The translations under genes and the position numbers were made by a program. A DNA stretch of 64,000 nucleotides from Dendrobates tinctorius. Taxonomy: Eukaryota. Under the pieces are notes generated by a model. The model worked only from the letters and a program-made list of their open reading frames with translations. It did not search any database and was not told where the DNA came from. Of this stretch, positions 1 through 13,448 are shown piece by piece. The stretch covers positions 2,852,001 through 2,916,000 of the forward strand of contig NW_027361819.1 of the NCBI RefSeq assembly GCF_039654945.1. Direction: 5' to 3'. Position 1 is the stretch's first letter; each line of letters begins with the position of its first letter.

Positions 1-1129
1 CTGCGCCACCTGTGCTCAGAGAGTGATCACTGGTGTTACATAGGACTTCAGGTGACAGCGACTGCACCACCTGTGCTCAGAGAGTGATCACTGGTGTTAC
101 ATAGGACTGCAGGTGACAGTGACTGCGCCACCTGTGCTCAGAGAGTGATCACTGGTGTTACATAGGACTTCAGGTGACAGTGACTGCGCCACCTGTGCTC
201 AGAGAGTGATCACTGGTGTTACATAGGACTTCAGGTGACAGCGACTGCACCACCTGTGCTCAGAGAGTGATCACTGGTGTTACATAGGACTGCAGGTGAC
301 AGCGACTGCACCACCTGTGCTCAGAGAGTGATCACTGGTGTTACATAGGACTGCAGGTGACAGTGACTGCGCCACCTGTGCTCAGAGAGTGATCACTGGT
401 GTTACATAGGACTGCATGTGACAGCAACTGCACCACCTGTGCTCAGGGAGTGATCACTGATACTACATAGGACTGCAGGTGACAGCGACTGCACTACCTG
501 TGCTCAGGGAGTGATCACTGGTGTTACATAGGACTGCAGGTGACAGCGACTGCACCACCTGTGCTCAGAGAGTGATCACTGGTGTTACATAGGACTGCAG
601 GTGACAGCGACTGCGCCACCTGTGCTCAGAGAGTGATCACTGGTGTTACATAGGACTTCAGGTGACAGCGACTGCACCACCTGTGCTCAGAGAGTGATCA
701 CTGGTGTTACATAGGACTGCAGGTGACAGTGACTGCGCCACCTGTGCTCAGAGAGTGATCACTGGTGTTACATAGGACTTCAGGTGACAGTGACTGCGCC
801 ACCTGTGCTCAGAGAGTGATCACTGGTGTTACATAGGACTTCAGGTGACAGCGACTGCACCACCTGTGCTCAGAGAGTGATCACTGGTGTTACATAGGAC
901 TGCAGGTGACAGCGACTGCACCACCTGTGCTCAGAGAGTGATCACTGGTGTTACATAGGACTGCAGGTGACAGTGACTGCGCCACCTGTGCTCAGAGAGT
1001 GATCACTGGTGTTACATAGGACTTCAGGTGACAGCGACTGCACCACCTGTGCTCAGAGAGTGATCACTGGTGTTACATAGGACTGCAGGTGACAGCAACT
1101 GCACCACCTGTGCTCAGAGAGTGATCACT
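1..1129. repeat. Tandem minisatellite, 61-bp unit (runs off the window start)
   Basis: Unit ctgcgccacctgtgctcagagagtgatcactggtgttacataggacttcaggtgacagcga repeated head-to-tail about 18 times with few variants. Confidence 0.95.
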
Positions 1130-1905
1130 TGTGTTACATAGGACTGCAGGTAACATCTACTACATTATCTGTACTCACAGAGCTATCACTGTGCTATCTG
1201 TGGTGTTACATAGGACTGCAGGTGTCATCTACTACATTATCTGTACTCAGAGAGTTATCACTGTGTTATATGTGTTGTTACATAGTGTAGTAGATGAAAC
1301 CTGCAGTCCTATCAGTACTCAGAGAGATATCACTGTGTGATCTGTGGTGTTACATAGGACTGCAGGTGACATCTACTACATTATCTGTACTCAGAGAGTT
1401 ATCGCTGTGTTATCTGTGGTGTTACATAGGACTGCAGGTGACATCTACTACATTATCTGTACTCAGAGAGTTATCACTGTGTGATCTGTGGTGTTACATA
1501 GGACTGCAGGTGACATCTACTACATTATCTGTACTCAGAGAGTTATCACCGTGTTATCTGTGGTGTTACATAGGACTGCAGGTGACATCTACTACATTAT
1601 CTGTACTCACAGAGCTATCACTGTGCTATCTGTGGTGTTACATAGGACTGCAGATGACATCTACTACATTATCTGTACTCAGAGATATCACTGCTATCTG
1701 TGGTGTTACATAGGACTGCAGGCGACATCTACTACATTATCTGTACTCAGTTATCACTGTGTTATATGTGTTGTTACATAGGACTGCAGGTTTCATCTAC
1801 TACACTATTGGTACTCAGAGAGATATCACTTTGTGATCTGTGGTGTTACATAGGACTGCTGGTGACATCTACTACATTATCTGTACTCAGAGAGTTATCA
1901 CTGGT
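1130..1905. repeat. Tandem minisatellite, 72-bp unit, related to the adjacent 61-bp array
   Basis: Unit ggtgttacataggactgcaggtgacatctactacattatctgtactcagagagttatcactgtgttatctgt shares its core with the 61-bp unit. Confidence 0.9.
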
Positions 1906-1969
1906 ATATAGGGGATATATATTTGTATATAGGAAGTGAACACTCCTATATAAGGGATATACATTTGTA

Positions 1970-3615
1970 CAGTTGTGCTCAAAAGTTTACAAACCCCGGC
2001 AGAATTTTTGCTTTCTTGGCCTTTTTTTCAGAGAATATCAATGATAACTCCAAACCTTTTCCTCCACTCATAGTTAGTGGTTGGGTGAAGCCATTTATTG
2101 TCAGAGTACTGTGTTTTCTTTTTTTAAATCATAATGACAACCCAAAACATCCAAATGACCCTGATCAAAAGTTTACATACCCCATTTCTTAATACCGTGT
2201 ATTGACCCCTCTAACATCAATGACAGCTTGAAGTCTTTTGTGGTAGTTGTGGATGAGGTTCTTTATTTTCTCAGATGGTAAAGCTGCCCAGTCTTCTTGG
2301 TGAAAAGCCTCCAGTTCCTGTAGATTCCTGGGCTGTCTAGCATGAACTGCGCGCTTGAGATCTCCCCAGAGTGGCTCAATGATATTGAGGTCAGGAGACT
2401 GAGATGGCCACTCCAGAACCTTCACTTTGTTCTGCTGTAGACAATGACAGGTAGACGTGGCCTTGTGTTTTGGATCGTTGTCATGTTGGAGCATCCACGT
2501 ACGTCCCATGCGCAGCTTCCGGGCTGATGATTACAAAGTTGCCTCCAGTATTTGCTGATAAAATACAGCATTCATCTTTCCTTCAACTTTGACCAAGTTT
2601 CCTGTGCCTTTGTAGCTCACACATCCCCAAAACATCAGCGATCCGCCTCCATGCTTTACAGTAGGAATGGTGTTCCTTTTATCATAGGCCTTGTTGACCT
2701 CTCTCCAAATTTAACGTTTATGGTTGTGGCCAAAAAGTTCAATTTTGGTCTCATCACTCTGAATTACTTTGTTCCAGAATTTTTGAGGCTTGTCCCTGTG
2801 CTGTTTTGTGTATTGCAGCTGAGATACTTTGTGGCGTTTGCTCAGTAATGGCTTTCTTCTGGTGACTCGACCATGCAGCCCACTTTTCTTCAAGTGCCTC
2901 CTTATTGTGCATCTTGAAACAGCCACACCGCTAGTTTTCGGAGAGTCCAGTATTTCAGCTGATGTTATTTGTGGGTTTTTCTTTGCATCCAGAACAGTTT
3001 TCCTGGCAGTTGTGGATGACATTTTTGTTGGTCTACCTGACCGTGGTTTTGTTTTTACAGAGCCCCTGATTTTCCATTTGTTAATCACAGTTTGAACACT
3101 GTTGACTGGCATTATCAATTCCTTGGATATCTTTTTGTATCCCTTTCCTGTTTTATACAGTTCAGCTACCTTTTCCCGTAGATCCGTTGACAATTCTTTT
3201 GCTTTCCCCATGACTCACAATCCAGAAATGTCAGTGGCTGGATGAAAGATGCAAGAGTCTGTCTGGATCCCAGAAACTCACTCAGCTTTTATGCACACAC
3301 ACTGATTACAAGCAAACAGGTCACAGGTGAGGATGTTACCTTTAGTAGACAGTCAAACCCATTTGTATCAACTTCTGTGCATGTTATTAGGCCAAAATCA
3401 CCAGGGTATGTAGACTTTTGATCAGGGCCATTTGGATGTTTTGGGTTATCATTTTGATTTAAAAAGAGAAAACACAGTAGTCTGACAATAAATGGCGTCA
3501 CCCAACCACTAACCATGAGTGGGGAAGAAGGTTTTGAGTTATCATTCATGTTCTCTGAAAAAAGGCCAAGAAAGAAAAAATTCTGCCGGGGTGTGTAAAC
3601 TTTTGAGCACAACTG
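1970..3615 (-). mobile_element. Full-length Tc1/mariner DNA transposon (IR/DR type), decayed
   Basis: TA at 1968-1969 and 3616-3617. Termini cagttgtgctcaaaagtttac / gtaaacttttgagcacaactg. TIRs about 210 bp with an internal direct repeat (ctgatcaaaagtttacatac). Length 1646 bp. Confidence 0.95.
2189..3211 (-). pseudogene. Tc1 DD34E transposase with two in-frame stops
   Basis: 1023 nt in a single frame: MGKAKELS...GRPTK HTH region, SDETK, HDNDPKH, SPDLNIIEPLW. Premature TAA at 2711-2713 and near 2532. Confidence 0.92.
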
Positions 3616-3937
3616 TAATATATATGAGGTATCCACTGGTATACAGCCACCCATAGCAGAGGCCAACTCCACCTCCCTGATGTCTGTGTCCATCCAGAGT
3701 CGTCTCATCTCATCAGACCATAAAACCTGGGAACAATCTGTATTGGATATTTCTTCGCCCAGTTCTGATGGTTTGCTTCTGTCTTTTGCTCAGTGGTGGT
3801 CGGGCTCGGCCTCCTCTCCTCTCAGGATTGGTCTCTTTTTTGACCATTTTCCCTGAGGACAAAGAGCTGCTGATGATTCTGCACATAGAGATTAATGGGG
3901 AGATGTCTGGGGGCCACAAGTGCAGAGGCCAGACTCC

Positions 3938-6675
3938 CAGCAGTCAGTATCACACAGGAGAGGATTAGATACACGGCTCAGCAGTCAGTATCACACAGGA
4001 GAGGATTAGATACACGGCTCAGCAGTCAGTATCACACAGGATAGGATTAGATACATAGCTCAGCAGTCAGTATCACACAGGATAGGATTAGATACACAGC
4101 TCAGCAGTCAGTATCACACAGGATAGGATTAGATACACGGCTCAGCAGTCAGTATCACACAGGATAGGATTAGATACACAGCTCAGCAGTCAGTATCACA
4201 CAGGATAGGATTAGATACACAGCTCAGCAGTCAGTATCACAGGATAGGATTAGATACACAGCTCAGCAGACAGTATCACACAGGATAGGATTAGATACAC
4301 GGCTCAGCAGACAGTATCACACAGGATAGGATTAGATACATGGCTCAGCAGTCAATATAACACAGGACAGGATTAGATACACGGCTCAGCAGTCAGTATC
4401 ACACAGGATAGTATTAGATACACGGCTCAGCAGTCAGTATCACACAGGAGAGGATTAGATACATGGCTCAGCAGACAGTATCACACAGGATAGGATTAGA
4501 TACACGGCTCAGCAGTCAGTATCACACAGGATAGGACTAGATACACGGCTCAGCAGTCAGTATCACACAGGAGAGGATTAGATACATGGCTCAGCAGACA
4601 GTATCACACAGGATAGGATTAGATACACGGCTCAGCAGTCAATATCACACAGGACAGGATTAGATACACGGCTCAGCAGACAGTATCACACAGGATAGGA
4701 TTAGATACACGGCTCAGCAGTCAGTATCACACAGGAGAGGATTAGATACATGGCTCAGCAGTCAGTATCACACAGGATAGGACTAGATACATGGCTCAGC
4801 AGTCAGTATCACACAGGAGAGGATTAGATACACGGCTCAGCAGTCAGTATCACACAGGAGAGGATTAGATACACGGCTCAGCAGACAGTATCACACAGGA
4901 TAGGATTAGATACACAGCTCAGCAGTAAGTATCACACAGGATATGATTAGATACACAGCTCAGGAGTCAGTATCACACAGGAGAGGATTAGATACACGGC
5001 TCAGCAGTAAGTATCACACAGGATATGATTAGATACACGGCTCAGCAGTCAGTATCACACAGGAGAGGATTAGATACACGGCTCAGCAGTAAGTATCACA
5101 CAGGATATGATTAGATACACGGCTCAGGAGTCAGTATCACACAGGAGAGGATTAGATACACGGCTCAGCAGTCAGTATCACACAGGAGAGGATTAGATAC
5201 ACAGCTCAGCAGTAAGTATCACACAGGAGAGGATTAGATACACAGCTCAGCAGTAAGTATCACACAGGATATGATTAGATACACGGCTCAGGAGTCAGTG
5301 TCACACAGGAGAGGATTAGATACACGGCTCAGCAGTCAGTATCACACAGGATAGGATTAGGTACACGGCTCTGCAGTCAGTATCACACAGGATAGGATTA
5401 GATACACGGCTCAGCAGTCAATGTCACACAGGAGAGGATTAGATACACGGCTCAGCAGACAGTATCACACAGTATAGGATTAGATACACAGCTGAGCAGT
5501 CAGTATCACACAGGATAGGATTAGATACACGGCTCAGCAGTCAGTATCACACAGGATAGGATTAGATACACGGCTCAGCAGTCAGTGTCACACAGGAGAG
5601 GATTAGATACACTGCTCAGCAGTCGGTATCACACAGGAGAGGATTAGATACACGGCTCAGCAGTCGGTATCACACAGGATAGGACTAGATACACGGCTCA
5701 GCAGTCTGTCACACAGGAGAGGATTAGATACACGGCTCAGCAGTCGGTATCACACAGGAGAGGATTAGTTACACGGCTCGGCAGTCAGTATCACACAGGA
5801 TAGGACTAGATACACGGCTCAGCAGTCAGTGTCACACAGGAGAGGATTAGATACACGGCTCAGCAGTAAGTATCACACAGGATATGATTAGATACACGGC
5901 TCAGCAGTCAGTATCACACAGGAGAGGATTAGATGCACGGCTCAGCAGTCAGTATCACACAGCATAAGATTAGATACACGACTCAGCAGTCAGTAACACA
6001 CAGGATAGGATTAGATACACGGCTCAGCAGACAGTATCACACAGCATAGGATTAGATACACGGCTCAGCAGTCAGTATCACAGGATAGGATTAGATACAC
6101 GGCTCAGCAGTCAGTATCACACAGGATAGGATTAGATACATGGCTCAGAAGTCAGTAACACAGGATAGGATTAGATACACGGCTCAGCAGTCAGTATCAC
6201 ACAGGATAGGATTAGATACACGGCTGAGCAGTCAGTATCACACAGGAGAGGATTAGATACACGGCTCAGCAGTCAGTATCACACAGGAGAGGATTAGATA
6301 CACGGCTCAGCAGTCAGTATCACACAGGAGAGGATTAGATACACGGCTCAGCAGTCAGTATCACACAGGAGAGGATTAGATACACGGCTCAGCAGTCAGT
6401 ATCACACAGGATAGGATTAGATACACGGCTGAGAAGTCAGTATCACACAGGAGAGGATTAGATACACGGCTCAGCAGTCAGTATCACACAGGAGAGGTTT
6501 AGATACACGGCTCAGCAGTCAGTATCACACAGGAGAGGTTTAGATACACGGCTCAGCAGTCAGTATCACACAGGATAGGATTAGATACACGGCTCAGCAG
6601 TCAGTATCACACAGGAGTGGATTAGATACACGGCTCAGCAGTCAGTATCACACAGGAGAGGATTAGATACACGGC
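3938..6675. repeat. Tandem minisatellite, 41-bp unit
   Basis: Unit cagcagtcagtatcacacaggataggattagatacacggct, more than 60 copies. Confidence 0.95.
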
Positions 6676-7020
6676 CCGGATTAGCTGCAGTATTCTGCCT
6701 CCTGCCCCGGCCGCTCACTATATATTTAGCTCGGTCAGGGAAGGTATTATGGGAATTCGGATCTTGTAGATTCGTCGCCTCTGACCTTTGTGGTGAATGC
6801 TAGAACTGCAGTTACTGGAGCCGAGGGCCGGCGTTCACAGCACTACAACCCCCATCATGCACAGCATACTGCCCCGATCCTCGGCTGCCTGCGCTACAGT
6901 GACTGAGTGTATACGAGTATACAGTGCGGAGTTATACAGGTTATAGCTGAATACAGGGTCATAGGAAACACTCCAAGTCCCATAATGCAACACAGCGGAG
7001 AAAGAACCAGGAGAGAAGGG

Positions 7021-8230
7021 AGGGCCTTGAAAAAGTTTTCACACCCTGCAAACGTTTCCCCAGTTATTCATGTTACAACCACAAACTTGCTTGTATTTTA
7101 TTGGGATTTTCTGTGACACAACACTAAGTACAATTATTTGTGACGTGTAAAGGAAATGATAGAGATTTTCCAAGTATTTACAAAATATAAATCTGATAAT
7201 TGTTCTGTGCATTAATATTCAGCCCACTGTTGCCCGATTCCCCTAAATAACCTACTGCGTGACCGATCGCCCTCAAAGTCACATAATTAGTACATTGCGT
7301 CCACCTGGGTGTGATGTTTTTTCTCAGTATAACTACAGCTGTTCTGTGAAGGCCTCGGAGGTAGGTGTGAGAATATTAGGAATCATACAGTATCATGGAA
7401 ACCAAGGAGCCCACCAGACAAGTCAAGGATAAAGGTGTGGAGAAGAAGGACGCAGGATTAGGTTATAAAAAATAGCCCAAGCTGTGAACATCTCACGGAG
7501 CATCAATCCATCATCCAAAATGGAAGGAGTATGGCAACTGCAAACCTCACAAGACATGGCCGTCCACCTAAGCGGACATCCCAAGCAAGGAGAGCACTAA
7601 TTAGAGAAGCAGCTGAGAGGCTCATGGTCACTGGAGGAGCTGCAGAAATCAAAAACTAAATGGGAGACTCTGTCCACAGGAGAACTATTAGTCATATATT
7701 CCACAAATCTTGCCTTTATGGAAGAGTGGCAAGAAGAAATCACATGTAGGGGACACAGCAAGCATGTGGAAGAAGGTGCTCCGGTCAGATGAGACCAAAG
7801 TGTTGCAGAAAACTAACACAGCACATCATTCTGAAAACGCCATGCCCACTGTCACACATGGTGGAAACATAATGCTGTGGGGAGGCTTTTCCTCAGCAGG
7901 GGCAGGGAAGCTGGTCAAAGGTGATGGGAAAATGGATGGACCTAAACTCAGTGCAATCCTGGAGGAAAACCTGTTAGAAGCTGCAGGAGGCCTGAAACTG
8001 GGACGTAGTTTACCCTCCCGCAGGACAACGACCCTAACCATCCTGCCAGAGCTACAATGGAGGGTTTAGATCAGAGCATATTCCTGTGTGTGAACGGCGC
8101 AGTCACCGTCCAGACCCAAATCCCAGAGAATCTGTGACAACACGTGAAAATTACTGATCACAGACGTATCCATCCAGTCTCACTGAGCGAGAGTGAGGGA
8201 GCAAAATGTCAGCTCTAGATGTGCAAAGCT
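7021..8230 (+). mobile_element. Old degenerate Tc1 transposon; its 3' tail resumes at about 15545-15620 after nested insertions
   Basis: Frameshifted transposase remnants: METKEPTRQVKDK, GLGYKK, HGRPPK, MWKKVLRSDETK, PTVTHGGNIMLWGGFS, QDNDP. TIR-like ccttgaaaaagttttcacaccc near 7025. Confidence 0.8.
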
Positions 8231-8397
8231 GGAGAGACAGGCCCCAAAAGAGTGCAGAGAAAGGTGGAGAGACAGACCCCAAAAGACTGCAGGGAAAGGT
8301 GAGGAGACAGACCCCAAAAGACTGCAGAGAAAGGTGGAGAGACAGAGCCCAAAAGACTGCAGACAAAGGAGGGAGAGACAGAGCCCAAAAGACAGCA
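8231..8397. repeat. 35-bp minisatellite, left part (split by the Gypsy insertion)
   Basis: Same unit as 14243-15558. Confidence 0.85.
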
Positions 8398-9165
8398 TGT
8401 TAGTGTGGGTGGTCAGGAGCCGGAATCTCCAGGAGTGGATCCTCTGGACCGTGGCACTGAGGGGCCCCGGGCGAGCTGCCAGGTGGAACCGACCCCTATA
8501 CAGAGACCGTTAGGAGCAGGCCCAGGGGTTCGAGTACCCCGGTAGCCGGTACCAAGAGGGGCAGCTCAGGATGGACTGGAATAGGACTGTGGGACTGAAG
8601 TGTAGATGACAGGACAGAGCTGGAACACAGGAGACAGGAATAGAGTAAGACAGTAGACTGGAATGTGGAGGGATGGCTGGAGCAGGAACACAGGAGACAG
8701 GATTAGAGGAGGACGGAAGGACTGGAGCAGGATGGAACAGGAACACCGGAGGCAGAACTGGAGTAGGATGGCAGGACTGGAGCAGGACTGAGAATACTGC
8801 AGGGAACACGGAAGACAGGCTGCAGGAAACACCGAGGATGGCACCGAGAGGCTGCAGAGAGCAGGAGGAAGCAGGGCCCAGTGTGAAAGGTAACACAACG
8901 ATCAGGCGCCTCCCTCAGGGGTAGGCAACCTGATATGGCCCCGTCTGGTCTGCCATTAGTCCGAAGGTGCTTCCGGGTCAGGGCACAGCCGGAGCACAAG
9001 AAGCAGAAGGGAGGCGCGGTCTATGGCGCATTGCATGCAGAGATGGCGTCGGCCGCGAGCCTGTCAGAGGTGACCGCCGTCGGGTGGCGAGAGGCGGAGG
9101 CCGGGTGAATATGCAGAGACGGCGTGAGAGCGGAGTCCGGGTGAGTATGATGGAGCGGTGTAACA
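8398..9165 (-). repeat. 3' LTR of the Gypsy element
   Basis: tgttagtgtgggtggtcagg...ggtgtaaca, a near-copy of 13449-14242 and adjacent to the PPT. Confidence 0.92.
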
Positions 9166-9189
9166 GTACCCCCTCCCCTAAGCCGCCCT

Positions 9190-12100
9190 CCCCGGAGATT
9201 AGCAAGAAATCTCTTGAGGATATGGGGAGCATTGATATTCTCCCGAGGTTCCCAGGATCTCTACTCAGGACCAAAGCCCTTCCAATCAACAAGAAAGAAT
9301 GTCCTACCTCTAACCCTCTTCATAGCGAGAATGTCCTGCACTTCAAAGACATCATCGGCAGCCACCGGCTGAGGACCAGGATCAGGCAAGGAATGGAAGC
9401 GATTCAGCATCACAGGTTTCAGGAGAGAGACGTGAAAGGTGTTCGGGACCCGGAGCGAAGCAGGCAACCTCAATTTATAGGTGACCTCGTTGATACATCC
9501 AAGAATCTGAAACGGACAGATGTAGTGTGGTCCCAACTTGTAGGAGGGCAGTTTCAACCAGATGAATTTGGAGGAGAGCCAGACTTTGTCCCCGACACGA
9601 TACGGTGGATGATCCAATCTCCTTTTGTCTGCATAATTCTTCATCTGATCAGCGGACCTCTTGAGTGACGTATTGGTCTCGGCCCAAATCTTGGAGAATT
9701 CAGAGGACAAGGCGTTGGCCGTGGGTACCTCGGAGGTAGGGGTTATCGGAAGGGGAACACCTGCCAAAGACAATAAAGAACGGAGACTTGGCCGAGGACT
9801 CGCCAGCATGGTTGTTATAAGCGAACTCTGCCCAGGGGAGTAAGTCGACCCAATTGTTCTGGTGGGCGTTAGAGAAATGACGTAGGTACCCAGTCAACGT
9901 CTGGTTGGTACGCTCTACCTGTCCGTTGGACTGTGGATGGTAGGCCGAGGAGAAGTCGAGGGAAACGTTCATGAGCTTACAAAGTGATCGCCAGAACTTG
10001 GAGGTAAACTGAACCCCTCAATCAGACACGATGCGTTGAGGTAGTCCATGGAGTCTGAAGATTTGGTGAATGAAAAATTTAGCCAGCTTCGGCGCCGAGG
10101 GAAGACCGGGCAGAGGGACGAAGTGAGCCATCTTGGAAAAACGATCCACCATCACCAAAATGACTGTGCAGCCCGAAGAGCAGGGTAGGTCAGTGATGAA
10201 ATCCATGGCGATGTTTTCCCAAGAGACCGCAGGGACGGGCAACGGAAGCAACAAGCCGGACGGAGGTCTTCGTGGCACTTTGTTTTTAGCACAGGATGGA
10301 CAAGAAGCCACAAAGTCGAGTACATCTTGGCGAAGCGTGGGCCACCAGTAGTGACGCGTGATAAGGTCAAGGGTCTTCTTAGTTCCGGCATGGCCAGCCA
10401 GTGTGGATGAGTGCCCCATAGGAGCACTTTTTGCTTGAGGTTCTCAGGCATAAGCGTCTTGCCTGGAGGAGGAGCAAGCCAGTTCACTGGAGCCACTGTG
10501 ATGATCCTAGTGGGATCGATGATATGCGAAGGTTCCTCCGTGGTTTCGTGTGGCTGGAAGACCCTGAACAGGGTGTCGGCTTTGGTATTCTTGTTGCCAG
10601 GACGGAAGCAGAGCTCGAAGTCAAATCGGGCGAAAAATAAGGACCATCTGGCCTGACGAGGTTTGAGTCTCTGGGCAGACCGGAGATGGACCACAAGAAT
10701 CTGGCCTGAGAAGATGACAAAGAGATGGACAGCTCCCTCCAGGAGGTGACGCCATTCCTCCAGGGCCAACTTGATGGCCAGGAGTTCCCGGTCGCCGATC
10801 GAGTAGTTACACTCGGATGGAGAAAAGGCCTTCGAGAAGAAGCTACAAGAGTGCAGGCGACCGGAGGCGGATCTCTGGGACAATACAGCCCCGGCACCTG
10901 TCGAGGAAGCGTCCACCTTCGGTACAAAAGGTCGATTGCTCTCAGGGCGATGCAGGACCGGAGCCGTGGAGAAAGCCTGTTTTAGGGTCAGAAAGGCCTC
11001 TTCCCCCTCAGGAATCCAATCTTTGGGGATAGTCCCTTTATGGGTGAGAGCAGAAATAGGTCTTGTGATCGCGGAGAAGTGGGAGACAAATTGCCGGTAA
11101 TAATTGGCAAATCTGAGAAAGCGTTGAATTGCCCTTACTCCGACGGGGAGAGGCCATTTGAGAATGGCAGACTTCTCGGGATCCATCCTTAGTCCAGCGT
11201 CAGAGATAATGTATCCCAGAAACGGCAGAGAGGTCTGTTCGAAGAGACATTTCTCCATCATGGCATACAGGCGGTTCTCCCGAAGACGCTGTAGCACCAG
11301 GCAGACACTCTTTCTATGGGACGAGAGATCCGGCGAGAAGACGAGGATGTCGTCTAAGTACACGACCACACAAGAGTACAAGAGATCCCGGAAGATCACA
11401 TTGAAGAACTCTTGAAACACCGCAGGAGCATTGCAGAGACCAAAGGGCATGATCAGGTACTCGTAATGGCCGTCTCGAGTGTTGAAAGTGGTCTTCCACT
11501 CGTCACCTGCACGGATACGGACCAGATTATAGGCTCCGCTGAGGTCCAGCTTGGAGAAGACCCGAGCCCCTCTGAGACGGTCACACAGCTCTGGAATGAG
11601 TGAAAGAGGGTACCTGTTCTTGATGGTAATCTCATTCAAGCCCCTATAGTCAATGCACGGCCGTAGAGTTCCATCCTTCTTTTTGACGAAGAAGAACCCG
11701 GCTCCCTCGGGCGAAAAGGATTTCCGTATAAAACCTTTTGGCGAGGTTCTCTCGGACGCACTCGGACATGGAGGTAGTCTCTCCGGGAGACAGGGGGTAG
11801 ATTCTGCCCCTTGGAGGGGTTGAACCGGGAACAAGTTCAATTGGGTAGTCAATCAGCCGGTGTGGAGGAGGACCTCCGCTTCCTTCTTATCAAAAACATC
11901 GGCGTAGGAGCTGTAGGCTGGAGGAAGACCCGGAAGGTCTGGAGGTGACCGAGGAGCTGCTGCCAGGCGGACAGGAGTCAGACAGCGAGCTTGGCACTGG
12001 TTCCCCCAGCAGAGTATCTCCCCAGAAGACCAGTCGAGAACAGGCTGATGAGTCCTTAACCATGGAAGACCGAGTAGAATGGCGTGAGAGAGCTTAGGCA

Positions 12101-13435
12101 AAACGTAAAAGGCTATCTTCTCTCGGTGTAAGGCTCCGACTTGCAACTCCACTTCTTCAGTGACCAAGGTGACGGTCACCTGTAACGGTTTGCCATCCAC
12201 TGCGGCAATCTGGATAGGGTTAGATAGAGTTACCACGGGAATTTGGTATTTGTCCACCTCTTCAGGTCGAATGAAGTTACCTTCCGAGCCCAAATCCACG
12301 TAGGCAACCTCGGACCCACGTCTCTCCCCTGGAACAAAAAGCACAGAAATCGTAAGAGGTTGAGAGGGAACATCATCACATAGGGAGGCCTCTCTTACCT
12401 GACCTAGGTGGAGAAGTTTGCCTGTCTCTTAGGACAGGTGCGGACATAGTGTGACGAATCACCGCAACAGAGGCACAGACCTTGTGCCCGCCTCTCTCTC
12501 TGATGCAACTCGGCCAACTTTAGGCGATCTATCTGCATGGATTCGACCGAGGAGGGAGAAGAGGACCCGGCCGAACGGGGACTGGCAGAACGGGTGAAAA
12601 GAGGAACTGGCCTGGTGGACCTCCTGTCTCTCGCTGACTCCCGAGCGCGCTCCTGGAAGCGTAGGTCTATGCGGGTAGCCAGCGAGATAAGGTCCTCTAA
12701 GGTGGATGGGGTATCTCAACCTGCGAGTTCATCTTTTATTCTGCCTGAAAGATCTTTTATTCTGCCTGAAAGATCGCACCAGAATGCCCCTACCAAAGCC
12801 GCGTTATTCCAGCCGAGCTTGGAGGAGATAGTGCGAAAGCGAATAGCGTACTGTGAGAGAACCCTGATGTAAGTTAAAGAGTGACTCAGTGAGAGAGGCT
12901 AAACGACCCGGCTCATCGAAGACCCTGCGAAAAGTAAAAACCGGGAGACTCGAGACTACAGGGTCATCACATTCCCAGAGGGGATTCAACCAAGACAGGG
13001 CCTCCCCTTCCAGATGGGACATGATGAAGGCCACCTTGGCCCCGTCAGAGGGATATTGCTGCGGTAACCATTCAAAGTGGAGGCTACACTGATTTAAAAA
13101 CCCCATACAGAGCTTGGGATCCCTGGTGAAGCGAGGCGGGGCGTCGGAAGAGCTGTAGACGCGGAATGAGGAGTCGGGGCTGAGGTGGCAGCCTGGAGGG
13201 CCGACAAGCGACTGTCAAAGGAGGCCATGTAAGACAAAATGTGGGCTTGAGTATCTTATTGCTGACCCAGCTCCTGTTGGAGACTGGCCAGCTGAGTGGC
13301 ATTTCCAGGATCGGCCACCTGCAAGGCCGACAAACGGGTGTCCATAGACTTCATGACCGACATAATGCATCCCTGATTCTCCCGCACGAAGAGCAACTCT
13401 TTCTGAGTAGCAGCGGTAGTACCGGCGGAGTCCAT
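9190..13435 (-). pseudogene. Gypsy gag-pol with multiple frameshifts and stops
   Basis: Gag FLNQCSLHFE..AKVAFIMSHLEGEALSW and knuckle CLCCGDSSHYVRTCP; protease AYVDLGSEGNF; [26 protein letters not shown]; RNase H DAS and ELLAI; integrase HHCC, IAMDFI, IVSD, GQVER; chromodomain FEVQDIL...FLVDWKGFGPE. Confidence 0.9.
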
Positions 13436-13448
13436 GGCCTGATCGTAC

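Noticed and set aside
6676-6960. Possible tlcd3b first exon or promoter (ACTACAACCCCCATCATGC, ZNF143-like, at 6842)
   Set aside because: No ORF resembling the TLCD3 N-terminus and no convincing donor; the motif alone is insufficient. Exon 1 is probably upstream of the window.
9190-13435. Domesticated sushi-derived gene (PEG10/RTL-like)
   Set aside because: Both LTRs and the TSD are retained and the coding region has many frameshifts: a decaying transposon copy.
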